Notes: generated by a model not told the origin, from the letters alone. Shown: positions 24,500 to 37,934, counted from the first letter of the stretch. The stretch: 64,000 nucleotides of DNA from Eledone cirrhosa (GCA_964016885.1 OZ024750.1:1860001-1924000); one strand, 5' to 3'. Numbers and translations: made by a program.

Positions 24500-24627
24500 A
24501 ATGGTTTCTTATATAGGCACAAGGCCAGCAATTTTGGGGGAGAGTAACGTCGATTAAATCGACTTCAGTGCATTACTGGTACTTTATTTTATCGACCCCG
24601 CAAGGGTGAAAGGCAAAGTTAACCTTC
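24500..24627 (-). mobile_element. SINE family 1, 5'-truncated
   Basis: Reverse complement of core plus (TTA)n tail. Confidence 0.8.
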
Positions 24628-25434
24628 GTTTTACAGTTCGTGTATAGTATATGAAGATTTCTAGATGTTCTCACTCGTGAACAAGCTAAATATAAGTCCA
24701 TGGGTTAAAAACCGTTTCTGTCATATTCAATCCTACAACTTTGAGACTCTCATCCTGAGCTTTATTAATGGTCGTAGCAAAACTGGCTCTAACAGGGAAC
24801 TAAAGTCTTGAGAAGGTGAGCCGCAGCTCAGTAGAGAAATGGATGAGAGGAATCTTGGGAAGTAGCTGGCTACCTGCTTTCATGATATGGTGTTGGACAG
24901 ATATAGATATATAAAAAGTACGTGATTTTAGTGACTTCTAGTAGATAGTTCATCATCTGCCTCACTGTTAAACATCTAAGAGTGCATAGATAGGGTGGCT
25001 CAAGGTTTTTCAAAAGGTGGACGGGAATTCCAGTCTTTTAAATTATATGTAAATATAGATTTAGATAATTATATATAAACATGTGTGTGTGTATATGTGA
25101 TGTATCCATTATATATAAATGTGTGTGCGCGTATCTGTGTGTGTGTAAACCAGCGTTTGATTCCACGGAGACGCTAGTCGCGAAAAACGTACTCACAGAG
25201 ATAATCCGTTATGGCTGTCTCCCAGCCTGCTAGAAATAGCAGTCGGGTTGGTTAGCATACCCGGAATGTTATTCTTCTTCTTTGATTTAAAAAATGAGTA
25301 TCAATAAACCTGCTTACACGCTTATTCCATTGGTGTACTTACTTTTCGAGTGTAGGTTTTCGTTTTTCTGTGATGCGTGAACACATCCACCAACAAACAA
25401 TCATCTTTCTTATATATTATATATGTGTGTGCGT

Positions 25435-25467
<33 letters not shown>

Positions 25468-25574
25468 CGTGCGTTTATATTTACACATATAACCGTATAT
25501 GAATAAATCTATAAATTCGGGCGTTTAATCTAACACTTCAGTGAGACTTTTACCATTGTTACTGTCCTATTTTA

Positions 25575-25772
25575 AGGGCGGTGGAGCATCGGACAACATG
25601 CTTTATGACATAGAGTTGCTTCTCTTTATGTTCTGGGTTTCAAATCTCACCGAGGTTAGCTTTACCTTTTATCCTTACGAGGGTTGATATAATAAAGTAC
25701 TGGGGTCGATTTAATCGACTTTCCCCTCCCTTCAAATTGCTGGCCCTGTGCCAAAAGTAGAAACCATTATTA
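25575..25772 (+). mobile_element. SINE family 1 (paralogous to the copy at 38140-38350)
   Basis: Head, core and tail; same flanks as the 38140 copy. Confidence 0.8.
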
Positions 25773-26200
25773 CTTCTATTTTAAGGTGAATTATTTGTTA
25801 TAATCCTACACAGCAAAAGAACACAAAAAGAAAACATAAGTAAAAGCCAAACTTATTTGAAATATTTACAAGTTAATGGAGATGATTATTTGTGTAGGAG
25901 ACTCACACATTATGTTGGAGGCAGTAAAATTAGTTTAATAAGTTATAAAATCTGAAACTGTAGAAATATCTGGTAGTCTCAGTCGTTATACAGAATAAGA
26001 ATTAGATTCGTTTCTTTTATTTAAACTTTTCGATTTAAATCATTTTTGAAATAAATATTAATCAAACCCAAAATAAATAAATAAATAAAACCAAATATCG
26101 AATACGTTGTTTGTTTTCACGGCACTTAGATCAAGTCAGGTGAAAGCCTGAATTAACACAATCAGCTATGAACAAAATACTCCTTTACAAATATACTTAC

Positions 26201-26241
26201 GCAGAAAAGAAATCCTGGTCATCATCTTGACTTGAGGACAT
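26201..26241 (-). CDS. Innexin A, coding exon 1
   Basis: aaaATG TCC TCA AGT CAA GAT GAT GAC CAG GAT TTC TTT TCT GC|gtaagta = MSSSQDDDQDFFS(A). Phase 2 matches exon 2; same length and position as the paralogous exon at 38765-38805. Confidence 0.8.
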
Positions 26242-26699
26242 TTTGATAAAAATCCAGCAGTAAAATATAATCCCAATAAAAACAACTTTCAAATAACTAC
26301 TACATTTCAGTCAATCCTTTACACATCTAGACATATGTCAAATTAACTGTAATGTATTACTATTAAAATGAAACCAGCCTACCGGATATACAAACAAAAC
26401 AACTACCTAGAAATCTCTTCTATAGATATTGTTGGGATAAACCCACCTAATACATAAATGCACCGAGTTTTGTTACAATGTTGAACTATTATCATTAAAA
26501 TGTGATAAGAAATAAAAACATCGCGTTGGAGACTCATATTTGTCAAGTTTAACAAATATATGTATTTTTTGCTGGGCAGGTTATTATTTTGAACGAAAAT
26601 GTATTTATCTATTTATCTTAATGCTTTGTTGTTGTTGTTCTTCTTCTGAAGATAGATATATTGGTAAAGGTGCATAAAGTGCTATATACATATACACCA

Positions 26700-26875
26700 G
26701 GTCCGAACACAAAGGAACCAAACTCCCACTGTCACTATTCCGTCTCTCCGGCTCTCCCCATCTCTCGCTATTATGAACAATTGGGGAGCCACGCGCTGGC
26801 TGCCCCGCGGCCACGGACATAATAGAGAAGGTATTTCCCCAGAGGATGGTGAGGGAGACGCGCTGATTGTTCAAA
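26700..26875 (-). mobile_element. CRE-like retrotransposon 3' fragment (inverted relative to 27060-27370)
   Basis: QRVSLTILWGNTFSIMSVAAGQP. Confidence 0.65.
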
Positions 26876-27059
26876 CATACAGAAAAGAAAGCAGCATTGG
26901 AAGAACAATAGATGTCATAAAGGAAAGAAGAAGGAGGGAAAAGGGCATAATTCGCTGCCGAGGAAAAATATTTTTTCGTAACGAAACGAAAGAACTTCTA
27001 TTTTTTCTCTATTTCCTTCTATGAATAAATCATAGTATATTCTGGCTGGCACTCTTTCA

Positions 27060-27370
27060 GAACATACACTTTCTGCAGCCGCAACCTGGGGCAGTCTGCG
27101 ACTAACCCAGGTTCTGCTGCATGTCGAGCTGAGGAGGCCAAACTCCTCAAATACCGGTCGCTCTCCGACAGGTTTGCGGTTGTACCCTTGGCAGTGGAGA
27201 CTTCTGGTGTCCTCGGCCCTAGGGCTACCTCTCTACTCACCACCATAGGCGCTAAGCTGGCCAGCCGCAGGTGTGAGCCCGCGAGTTGGAGTGGCTTTTC
27301 CAGCGCGTCTCCCTTGCCGTCCTCCGGGGAAACACCTTCTCCATTCTGTCCGTCGGGGCTGTGGGGAGAC
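27060..27370 (+). mobile_element. CRE-like non-LTR retrotransposon RLE C-terminal fragment
   Basis: GSAACRAEEAKLLKYRSLSDRFAVVPLAVETSGVLGPRA..., then after a frameshift RELEWLFQRVSLAVLRGNTFSIL. Confidence 0.75.
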
Positions 27371-27884
27371 AAACCGATTATATTACGAATTCTGTTCAAT
27401 AGTCTTAAATACTTCAATACTCTGGATAATTGTATTGATGTAAGCTTATAATCTATATTCTGTACTAGTGGAATTCTACTAGAAGACTTCATAGAGTACA
27501 ATAGAGAAAAAATATTTTTTTTTTTTTTTTTTTTTTCGTTTCCCTATGAAAAAATATACAAGAGTGTAGAGTTTCTCTCCTCTCCATTATATTTTTCCAT
27601 CATCACCAATATCGATTTTTTCTTTATTTACCTTTCTTCATATTTACAAGTACAAAACCAATGGTATAGAAATAAAACAATTTCAAACATTCAATTTTAT
27701 TTTAAAATAAAACAAAAGTTTTATTACAGTAGAAAAAGACATATACAATAAAGCAAGTTTGAATCAAATCAAAATTACGATTTAACCTCTCATTGAAGTA
27801 AAAAAGATACAGGTATTTATTAAAATCGTATAAAATTGTTTCTTTTAAAGATGTTTTTTTGTTTGCGTGAATGAAATATTATCC

Positions 27885-27935
<51 letters not shown>

Positions 27936-28144
27936 AACGAGTAGGACCTCGACGGCTGAGCTCAAGCCTTTTCGACGGCTAATTCTGGACTGGTGCATTA
28001 TGGTCCACCTGGTTCCTTACCACATTTCCTTCGTTATATATATATATATATATACACATGTATATAATATATATATACATACACATATATATATATACAT
28101 ATACATATATATACGTATATATATATACATATACATATATATAC

Positions 28145-28275
<131 letters not shown>

Positions 28276-28308
28276 AATATATATACATATATATATACAT
28301 ATATATAC

Positions 28309-28381
<73 letters not shown>

Positions 28382-28557
28382 AATATATATACATATATAT
28401 ATACATATATATATATAAATATATATACATATATATATACATATACATATATATACACATATATATACACACACATATATATACATATATTACATATATA
28501 TACATATATATATATATGGACGAGGTTATAGTTCACTTGAAGCATTGTGTAATGAGG

Positions 28558-28949
28558 TATAAACGTTTGAATATGTGTAATAAAGCCAAAACAATGCAGG
28601 TATGGACATAGAAAAAAGAATGCAATTGTAAAAGATTTTGTTGACAATTCGTCCTTTACCTTAAATTTATTTAAATGTCCTTAATTTTCGAGATAATATC
28701 TCTTCTTCAGAGGGAAATAAAGGTCTCAAATCAGCGTTCTAAATATCTTGGCTTGGCAAGATATTTAGAACGCTGGTTTGAGACCTTTATTTCCCTCTGA
28801 AGAAGAGATATTATCTCGAAAATTAAGGACATTTAAATAAATTTAAGGTAAAGGACGAATTGTCAACAATATCTTTTACAATTGCATTCTTTTTTCTATG
28901 TCCATACCTGCATTGTTTTGGCTTTATTACACATATTCAAACGTTTATA
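28558..28949. repeat. 392-bp near-perfect palindrome in (TA)n
   Basis: Arms of ~193 bp with about 2 mismatches and a 6-nt loop (28751-28756). Confidence 0.95.
28794..28828 (+). ncRNA. Minimal hammerhead motif; mirrored on the minus strand at 28679-28713
   Basis: CCT-CTGAAGA-A-GAGAT(ATT)ATCTC-GAAA-AT-TA-AGG; palindromic AATT stem III. Confidence 0.65.
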
Positions 28950-29909
28950 TATATATATATACACACATATATATAGATACATAGATACATATAAATACAT
29001 ATATATATGCATATATATATATATATATGCATATATATATATACATATATATCTATATATATATATATACACATAATTTATGTATGTTACCTGTATGTGC
29101 GTGTAGGTGAATGTGTGTGTATGTGTGTGAGTTTGAGTGTATGTGTATCAAACAGCAATGATAACAATATAGAATTAGATACTTGGTCGATTTACGAAGC
29201 AGTTTTTCGATGTTTATAAGCTAAAGAAACCTAACTGGTATTTTAGTAATCGAAACCAAGAAATGTATATCAGATTTTGCATAAATAGCGCTAACAAGGC
29301 TACATTGTTAGTGTCAACAACATGACATATCATACTGGGGCCATTTAGTCGACTTTCCCCCACACCCACAATTGCTGGCCTTGTGCCTAAAGTAGAAAGA
29401 ATTATTATTGTCATTATTATTATTATTATTATTATCCGGTATTATTGTTATCCTGTATTATCTAATAGTTTCGTTATAAATATTGTTTAGTATATATCAA
29501 TATTTTTATCCACATATATAAAATGTATTTATATACTGTCTCAAACACTTCACCCATGTGTTTCATATGGTTTGGTTTCTTTCATCCACACACATTTTTA
29601 TACACCCCTCGCCCTCAATAGTTTTAGCGTTTCATGTAATTGTCTGTGTGTACAAAATTGGATGTAATAGTCCTCCGTGGTTATATAATGAAAGAATATA
29701 TATATAATTATTGTTTCATAGCTTTCATGCGATTTTCTGCTGCAACACCAGATACACATTCTTGTTACTGTTGTATGTACAGTATTGCCTTTTGAGCATC
29801 CCTCACCCAACCGCTTTTGTTCCTTCATAACTTTCTTTATAATAATATAATGTTGTAGTTTGCTTGAAGCATTGTATATAATATATAATGTGGAAAGTGA
29901 TATATAGCT

Positions 29910-30233
29910 AAATAATGCAAAATGGACAGTAAGTTGAAGATAACGAAAAATGTAGCTACCTGGTAATCTTTGCTTTGTTTTTGGTTTTAAACTGTTGCTT
30001 CTTTCGTCTTAATATTTTGGGACTGACTTTAAATTCCCTTCTTCGGAATATAAGGAACTCTCAGAGAAAAATGTTCCGGTTTCTTCTCTTTGGAATTATA
30101 TTTGGATTTAAATCAAATCTGAAGAAGGGATTTTTAAGTCCCGAAATATTAGGACGAAAGAAAACGAAATAAAGATTACCAGGTAACTAAATTTTTCGTT
30201 ACCTTCATCTTACCGTCCAGTTTGCATTGTTTA
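29910..30233. repeat. Imperfect long inverted repeat (29910-30047/30118-30233)
   Basis: aatgcaaaatggacagtaagttgaagataacgaaaaatgtagctacctggtaatcttt pairs with aaagattaccaggtaactaaatttttcgttaccttcatcttaccgtccagtttgcatt; a second paired block also exists. Confidence 0.85.
30119..30154 (+). ncRNA. Degenerate minimal hammerhead motif in an inverted repeat downstream of innexin B
   Basis: CTGAAGA-A-GGGATT(TTTA)AGTCCC-GAAA-TA-TT; stem I has decayed. Confidence 0.5.
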
Positions 30234-30757
30234 ATATTAGATCAATTTCATTATCTTAGTAATACATGTTTTCTGTTATGGAATTTCACAGCGATACTTG
30301 TTTTAATGCATGGATTACAATTATGTTGGTGAAATTCTTTTTTTTTTAATGTTTTTTCGCAATTCATAGTCGTAAAAATGAAATTACGTTCTTGCAGGAA
30401 ACATATGAACTTATTTTGGTTGGTATTTTACATTACCAACATAAAGTTGGGATATTGGTTAAAACATTTCCGAGTTTACGTTTAACATACTACAGACACA
30501 CATCGAAAGCATTCAGAAAATGAAAATATTAACGATCGGAACTATACAATAATGAAAGTATTTTTTAAATGTATTTAATTCTTCTTTTGAAATTTTGTCA
30601 ACACAATCGTTATCTACAATTTACATCACGGGAAATATATTTCTGCAACGTTTTATTTTTAAAATATGCAGTATTTAGAAAGTTATGAAGAAACAAACAT
30701 TTTTCGGAGTTTCTGGTTCAAAAGGAAAAAAAAAATTTTTTTTTAATCCTTATAACT

Positions 30758-30790
<33 letters not shown>

Positions 30791-30791
30791 T

Positions 30792-30852
<61 letters not shown>

Positions 30853-32013
30853 GTAATAATAATAATAATAATAATGATTTCATAATAATGATAATAATAA
30901 TATGTCAACATTAATAGGATGAACTAATAACCTCTTAGAATCCTTAAGGTAGTTGGTAGACTGGCGTTAGGGACCTGTAAAATATAGTATTTCTTCAATA
31001 AGTTGATTTTATTTTTGTCTTTTTTTTCGTACTACATAATTTATTTCATATTTTTTCATATATGATTCGAGGCCATAAATTTACCATACATTAAATAACG
31101 TTCACTTCGCAAGCAGATAACGTAATGGTGCGATATCTCATCTCCTAGCTGAGATCATAACTTCTTTAGGATTTGGAGTCTGAAGTTATACTTGTAAATC
31201 AATGCTGAGGTAGCTAACAGCATTAAGCAAAAATTATTGGATGTTTTAAATGAATTACTCTGAATAGGCTCTTTTCAACATTATTAAAAGCTAATGAAGC
31301 TAGAATTAATTGAGGAAGCTTGTCAGTCAAACTGATGTTATTACTTCGCTACATAAACATTATATATTCGGAAGGGAATTACGTTTAATTATGTTTTGTT
31401 TTTAATATTTACCATAACTCGTTTTAAAAGAATGAAGACGAAAATATAGAATGAAAGAAAGTAAATACACTAATATAGGTAATGAAAGATGTTATCTAAA
31501 ATTAATCTTTTTTTTTTTTACTCGTTTTAAAAAATTCCGGAGTTTACTTTGAAATGAAAGTGGTAAGTTGTGATCCAAAACTAGAATTGTGAGAAATTTC
31601 ACTTTTCTGTTGAATGTTGTGACTTCAATTATATTGGGCTGTTAAAAATAAAGAGCGAATGAAGAGTGAGAAAAAGAAAGCGATATTAGTATGTTCTCTG
31701 AAGAAAAACTGAATTTCATGTGTCTTTCGATGGACTGGGTACGTTTCAGTAAGTGAATGAGTAGAGCAGATCTTCAGAGGCCATCATAAGAATCTCAGAC
31801 ATATTTTACAACTGATTTATCATGTGTTGATAAATTGCATTATTTTAAAACATTTAATACTGTCTTTGCGTGTTTCATGTTTTATGGATGTTATGCATAT
31901 ACTTCCATTAATTGAAAACAATGTTTCTGTAAAGAAGAAATGCCTGACCATTCCATGATGTTTGTAGCGATAACATTCTCGTTCACTTGTGATTTTCAAG
32001 CGAAACTCTCAAC

Positions 32014-33220
32014 TTAAGTATGTGCATGGGAGCCCACATCTGCTGGTTCTTTATTCTTCACTTCATTCTTTTCTTTATAAGCTTTCCAAAGATAGTGTAA
32101 TAAGTCTCCAGCAACTAAATCCGTAGAATTCTTTGCTATAACGCGTAAGACCAAAAACCCATCGTCTCGAAGATATTCCTTCGTAAACTTTTGGCATAGT
32201 TTTCTGTCTTGTTTTGTTTGGATGGAATCCCACCACCGAATGTATTTAGTGACATAATCAATATGAGCCTGGGAGAAAATGAAACGATAGAACCAGGACA
32301 AGAGATTAATGCACGAACAAGCAGCAACAAATACAAACCAAAACCACAAAAATATGAAAATTTTTTCATTGAATAAATTAATAGGTAAAACACATTGGAC
32401 GGTATATCTTTGAAGGTTTTGTAATTGACGGATTTGCAGATCACACAGTGTTACTCTGGGAAATCTTGGACTTTCCTGCCAGACAGTATTACTGGCTAAA
32501 GATGTTAACACTTCAATGCCGTAAACTGTATAATCGGTTGCCATAAATGCGTTCAGAAGGAAAAATTGACCTATCACATTGGCCACGTAGAGCATTTTGA
32601 CAAAAACATAGAGACCAGTGAGGAAAGTACCTTGGCGACGGGAACACAAAAAGCAACACATTCTTGATGATCTTTGTCGTAGCTTAACAAGGAAATTTAG
32701 TTTATATTCACGATAAGCTTCAAGCCAGCGCGTGAGGAAATGAGCAATGTTTTTAATAGTTTCTTCGCGGTCATCTGGGGAACCTAATTGAGTGTCTTCT
32801 GCCATTGACACAATTTTATCAAGATTTAAGCCTGATAATTCATGCGTTGACGTCCAAAGTATATTCGGAAATTTAAACATGAACGCTTGAAATAATAATA
32901 TTAGTGGTACCCACTGGTAGTAGGTTATTTGTTTATCTTCTCGTTTGCGAATTTCAACTGGTATCACATCTGTCATCGGTATGTAATATGTGTTAGCAAT
33001 CCAGCAGTAAGACTTGGTGTAGTCGACAAAGGCATCTGTGAACTCGGCCGGACACCAACATTGGATAGCATCCCCAACATACTGACCTGTGCTAATTATA
33101 ACCGCAAAGATGACCAATAATACGACAGTGTAAAGATGGTTCAGGCGATCAACCCAGTCGTCGTTTATGCTACCTCGAACTCGAGAATAACTGCCAAAGT
33201 TTTCAATCAGTGAGCTGATC
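32014..33220 (-). CDS. Innexin B (gap-junction channel protein), exon 2
   Basis: ttttcctag|G ATC AGC..: ISSLIENFGSYSRVRGSINDDWVDRLNH...YYQWVP...SPRFPRVTLC...NEKIFIFLWFW. About 415 aa with exon 1; the first 10 residues of the listed ORF are intronic. Confidence 0.97.
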
Positions 33221-34351
33221 CTAGGAAAAGAGAAAATGAAGAAAAACATTCATTAGAAATCTGAATGGTTAATAACACTTACAATCAATATATTCCATTT
33301 GATATAAGATTATTAAACTAAAGAGGAAATGAGATACAAACTATAAAGTATAAATGACAAAAAACGAGAATGAAAGTGGGTGGAATTCATTCACTTACCA
33401 AACATTTGTCTATTTATCTATAATTCACACCCCCAACCGTGTATTTTATATTTTAATGTATACAAACGTGAAATAATACACAAGACTTATCCTCTTTTTC
33501 AGCTTCTGAACACACATAGGTACTCAGATATTGAAAAAAAAAAAGACCAAAAGAGGCAGAGAAGGAGTAGAAATAATTGTTTAATAATATGAAAATGTAG
33601 ATAAAGAAATATAGAGAAAGGGTGAATGAGAGAATGGGGACATTAATAGAGAGGCAATGCTACCGAGAGATGAAAGGAGAGAGGTTTTTGTTGTTGTTTT
33701 ACTGTTTTCTCATTGGTCATTTTTCGCTATGTTGTGTTTGTAAGGTTGTCGGTGTTTGGTAACTCATTGTTCGCTGTTTCGTTGTTTTGAATATTTCCGT
33801 GTTTGATCTATTTCTGATATCTTTGTTTCCTGGCGACGGTTGAGTTGTTTTATATGGCGTTTATTCAGTTGTTTTGATGGGGATTTACTGGTTTGACCGA
33901 TAAATTTCTTTTTTCTAGAGTTACCATCTGTTTTGTTTTGCCCGTGTTTTAACATCTAGTATTGTATTTTTTTTAATTGGATTTCTTGTTTGCTATATGT
34001 AAAACTCTTAGATTAATTTAAATTTCCCTGGTATTTCGTGCACCTTCAAGTGCAACTGAAAGACGATTCACAATGGCTCAAGGAAGGTTGTCTTCACTAG
34101 ATCTTATTTCAATCAAGAGAGAGATCCTCGTAGGTTTGAAACAATATAAATACAATTAAAATACAATTATACAAGATTCTTCTCTAAAGCCAAAGCACTT
34201 TGATGTTTGTGTTTTTAAAAAATGGAATTATTTCGTTTAAATTGTTTTCAATTTTACTTCTGTATTATTTTACAAATGTATTGTTGCAATGACTATTCCA
34301 TGTAAATGATCTGGTTATTGTACCTTCAGAAAGCCAATGGATATGCATTGA

Positions 34352-34412
<61 letters not shown>

Positions 34413-34420
<8 letters not shown>

Positions 34421-34640
34421 TAACAGATTAAAGTTTAAGCAAAGAGTCGCTGCTTTCACCCTTAACGGGATCTTCTGAAACTAACAGAAGATCCCGTTAA
34501 GGGGGAAAGCACCGATTCTTTGCTTAAACTTTAATCTGTTATTTTAATAAATATTTGCTCTACGGTTCTTATATATTTGATATGTCTTTATCCTTATCGA
34601 GCCCTCTTTGGATTTTAGACTTCAAATTTATTATTATTAC
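34413..34640. mobile_element. (TA)n-embedded fold-back element, family D; other copies at ~965-1115, 4088-4115, 43633-43740, 52022-52075, 54237-54355 and 60185-60310
   Basis: 137-bp palindrome 34413-34549 plus a ~90-bp one-sided extension. Confidence 0.8.
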
Positions 34641-34828
34641 TATATATATATATATATATGGGGTGGGGGGTTCTATAGAACCTTAGCTTCTTTTCAAATA
34701 TATATATGCGTGCGTGTCTGTATGTGTGGGTGTATGTAGTATGTAGTATTGAATAATTTCGTAGAACAGATAAAGGAAATAAAGCATAAAAGATTGACGT
34801 GTCGGTAAATGGACACACACACACACAC

Positions 34829-34896
<68 letters not shown>

Positions 34897-35016
34897 CAAA
34901 GGAGGTGTGGTAAGATACCAGGTGGGCCGTAACGCACCAGAGTACTCAATACTTAGGGTAGTAGAGTGGATAATATAAACATATATATATATGTGTGTGT
35001 GTGTATATATATATAC

Positions 35017-35103
<87 letters not shown>

Positions 35104-35362
35104 TATATATATATATATATATATACATATATATAAATTATATATATATATATATAGGAGGTGAGTTTTATTGTAGCACAATAAAGCAATGCAAATATCG
35201 GATAAGTAGCACTCAACAGTTTATAGGACTGGAGTATAAATAATATAAGATCAAAAGATGGTTAAAAGAGTTGCATGTATTTCATTATGCGCATTTCAAC
35301 ATATGTAGATTTAACACTTCACTGCTCGCAAGTGTTTTTTAAACTTCATATCATGTCTCCCT

Positions 35363-35431
35363 ATTTTATCTGATGAGAACGCAAGTATCATCCCATGATG
35401 ATATTTGTTTTTGAAATGCGCATAATAAAAT
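35363..35431 (+). ncRNA. Complete type I hammerhead motif
   Basis: ATTTTAT-CTGATGA-[GCAAGTATCATC CCAT GATGATATTTGT]-GAAA-TGCGCA-TA-ATAAAAT; inverted copy of the 3' half at 35241-35297. Confidence 0.78.
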
Positions 35432-35596
35432 AAATGGAACTCTTTTAACCATCTTTGATCTTATATTATATATATATATATATTATAAAGAGCTCAGCCA
35501 TCGGGTCCCACCCAATATAATAACCCATACTGTACTAACCCAAGTATCGAGAACTCTGTTAAGTAAAGGTCTAGCTAGCTTTAAACTGGTATCCTG

Positions 35597-35781
<185 letters not shown>

Positions 35782-36318
35782 CATTATAACAATTGTATAC
35801 ACACATGAAAACAAATGTAGTTACGAGAGGCAAACACGAAATGTAAGCTGAGATTCACCACACAAAGAGGACTGTTAGCAGTTTTTAGGTTAGTTCGACG
35901 ACCTCCAGTTTATTTCATTCCGGAGCTGGGAGCTGGACACAACCACATAGTTATAATAAGGTTATAAGTTAGTATATTACATTGAAAAACAATTATACAT
36001 GTCAACACCAAAATATCGAACATTTACTTAATTAAACGTTTATTTCCACAACATTTAATTAACATTACATAATGAATTAGAAATCAGTCAGGGCATTCCT
36101 CTAGGAGAAGACAACTCAGGAAACTGGAATAACTCCAACATAAAATCTGCGGCTCAGTAGTTACCGATGATGTTGATATTTTCTTCTTTTCGGGTTATAG
36201 CTACTGTCCCTCAGAGAGAGGGATTGGTTCAGTGCACAGTCTTTCCTCACTTTTTAAAAAATGTTCACGCACTGGCATTTCACGATAGCATTAATTGATA
36301 ATTATTAATAATGGTATA

Positions 36319-36367
36319 TCGTGCAATGGCCATACTCGATAACGAGAAGGCAGCCATCATGTATGTA
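36319..36367 (+). mobile_element. Severely 5'-truncated copy of the same RTE 3' end
   Basis: tcgtgcaatggccatactcgataacgagaaggcagccatcatgtatgta matches the reverse complement of 11246-11294 apart from 2 substitutions. Confidence 0.8.
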
Positions 36368-36704
36368 AGTCAAAGGTCGAAGGAACTTAAGGAGTCAACG
36401 GCAATCCAATAAAGTTTTTAGGGGGGGGGGGGGGGGTTCTTGTGGAGCGAGAGACTCCTAGTCTTCATTAAGACATCTCTCTAGGAGAAGGTCACTCCGA
36501 TATAAAACCTGCGACTTCGTTTGCATCCAATGACGTAGACCAGTTCTACTTTTGGGGCAAATACATTCGATGTTCAGAGAGTGGGACTGGCCCCGTGCAA
36601 AGCCATTTCTCACTTGAAAAAGCTTCAAGCACAGGCATCGCTTGATATGTGACATTTTATGCGATGCATGGCATTGCTTCACACATGACGTTTGTTTATA
36701 TATA

Positions 36705-37213
36705 TATACTAGCTGAGGTACCCGGTAATATTCCCAGTTCCCATTAAAATGCCCAATGTCTCTCAGACCAAAAGTGAAATATAAGACAGATAATCAAAAG
36801 CGAAGACAAATTCATTCACGAAACAATAATACAAACAAATATTGTTCATTGCATTGGTCAGGCGAAAAAATGTTTGTTAGAGAAGTTGAGTGATGCTATA
36901 AGGAAAAAGATAGAACCCCCATTAGGGTGTCTTAATATTATTGAAATTTGCTAAAATTTCGTGAATAGGCATCATATCTTGTCGTTTATCTGTGGTTTAA
37001 ATTTCATATAAATCGAAGGAAAAAGATTTTCAGTGGGGGTTTGTGCTCCCGGGGAACGCATTGATTAAAATGAAATATCCGTCTGAAATCAAATGGGCAT
37101 GAGCCCCACACACGTGTCAAGTTTCATCAATATCGGTTTGGTAGTTTTTGAGTTTTAGCTTCACAAACAAACAAACAGAGAGAAATTGCCATTTATGTAT
37201 ATAGATATAGATA
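36705..37213 (+). mobile_element. Non-autonomous Helentron/Helitron-like element
   Basis: 5' TATACTAGCTGAGGTACCCGG; AAGTTTCATCAATATCGGTTTGGTAGTTTTTGAG; (ACAA)n; 3' TTTATGTATATAGAT. Confidence 0.7.
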
Positions 37214-37412
37214 TATGTGTGAGTGTATTTGTTTTCGCTATCCGTTTCACAAAGTATTACGAAACATATATTTTACTACCATATAAGATTAAATAGAAGT
37301 ACATACATGTAATTAATTAATTATTGCTAGGGACTTTATAAATATAATATATAAAAATATATAATCAAAGCGAGAAAACAAAACCATTAATTCAACACTA
37401 AATGAGTCTATA

Positions 37413-37934
37413 GGTCACACAACACAGGGGTCAATCTGTCACACACCACAAGGGTCAACCTGTCACACAACACAGGGGTCAATCTGTCACACACCACAAG
37501 GGTCAATCGGTCACACACCACAGGGGTTAATCTGTCACACACCACGAGGGTCAATCTGTCACACACCACGAGGGTCAATCGGTCACACACCACGAGGGTC
37601 AACCTGTCACACACCACAGGGGTTAATCTGTCACACACCACGAGGGTCAATCTGTCACACACCACGAGGTTCAATCTGTCACACACCACAAGGGTCAATC
37701 GGTCACACACCACAGGGGTTAATTGGTCACACACCACGAGGTCAATCGGTCACACACCACGAGGGTCAACCTGTCACACACCACAGGGGTTAATCTGTCA
37801 CACACCACAAGGGTCAATCTGTCAAACCACGAGGGTCAACCTGTCACACACCACAGGGGTTAATCTGTCACACACCACAGGGGTTAATTGGTCACACACC
37901 ACGAGGGTCAATCGGTCACACACCACAGGGGTTA
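37413..37934. repeat. 24-bp minisatellite, ~22 units
   Basis: (GTCACACACCACGAGGGTCAATCT)n with variants. Confidence 0.95.

Noticed and set aside
33398-33405. ATG TTT G|gt as innexin first exon (also at ~20629)
   Set aside because: Phase 1, incompatible with the phase-2 acceptor of exon 2.
37408-37737. ORF with VVCDRLTL repeats; possible CRISPR-like array
   Set aside because: 24-bp tandem minisatellite without unique spacers, in a eukaryotic intron; the open frame follows from the unit length.
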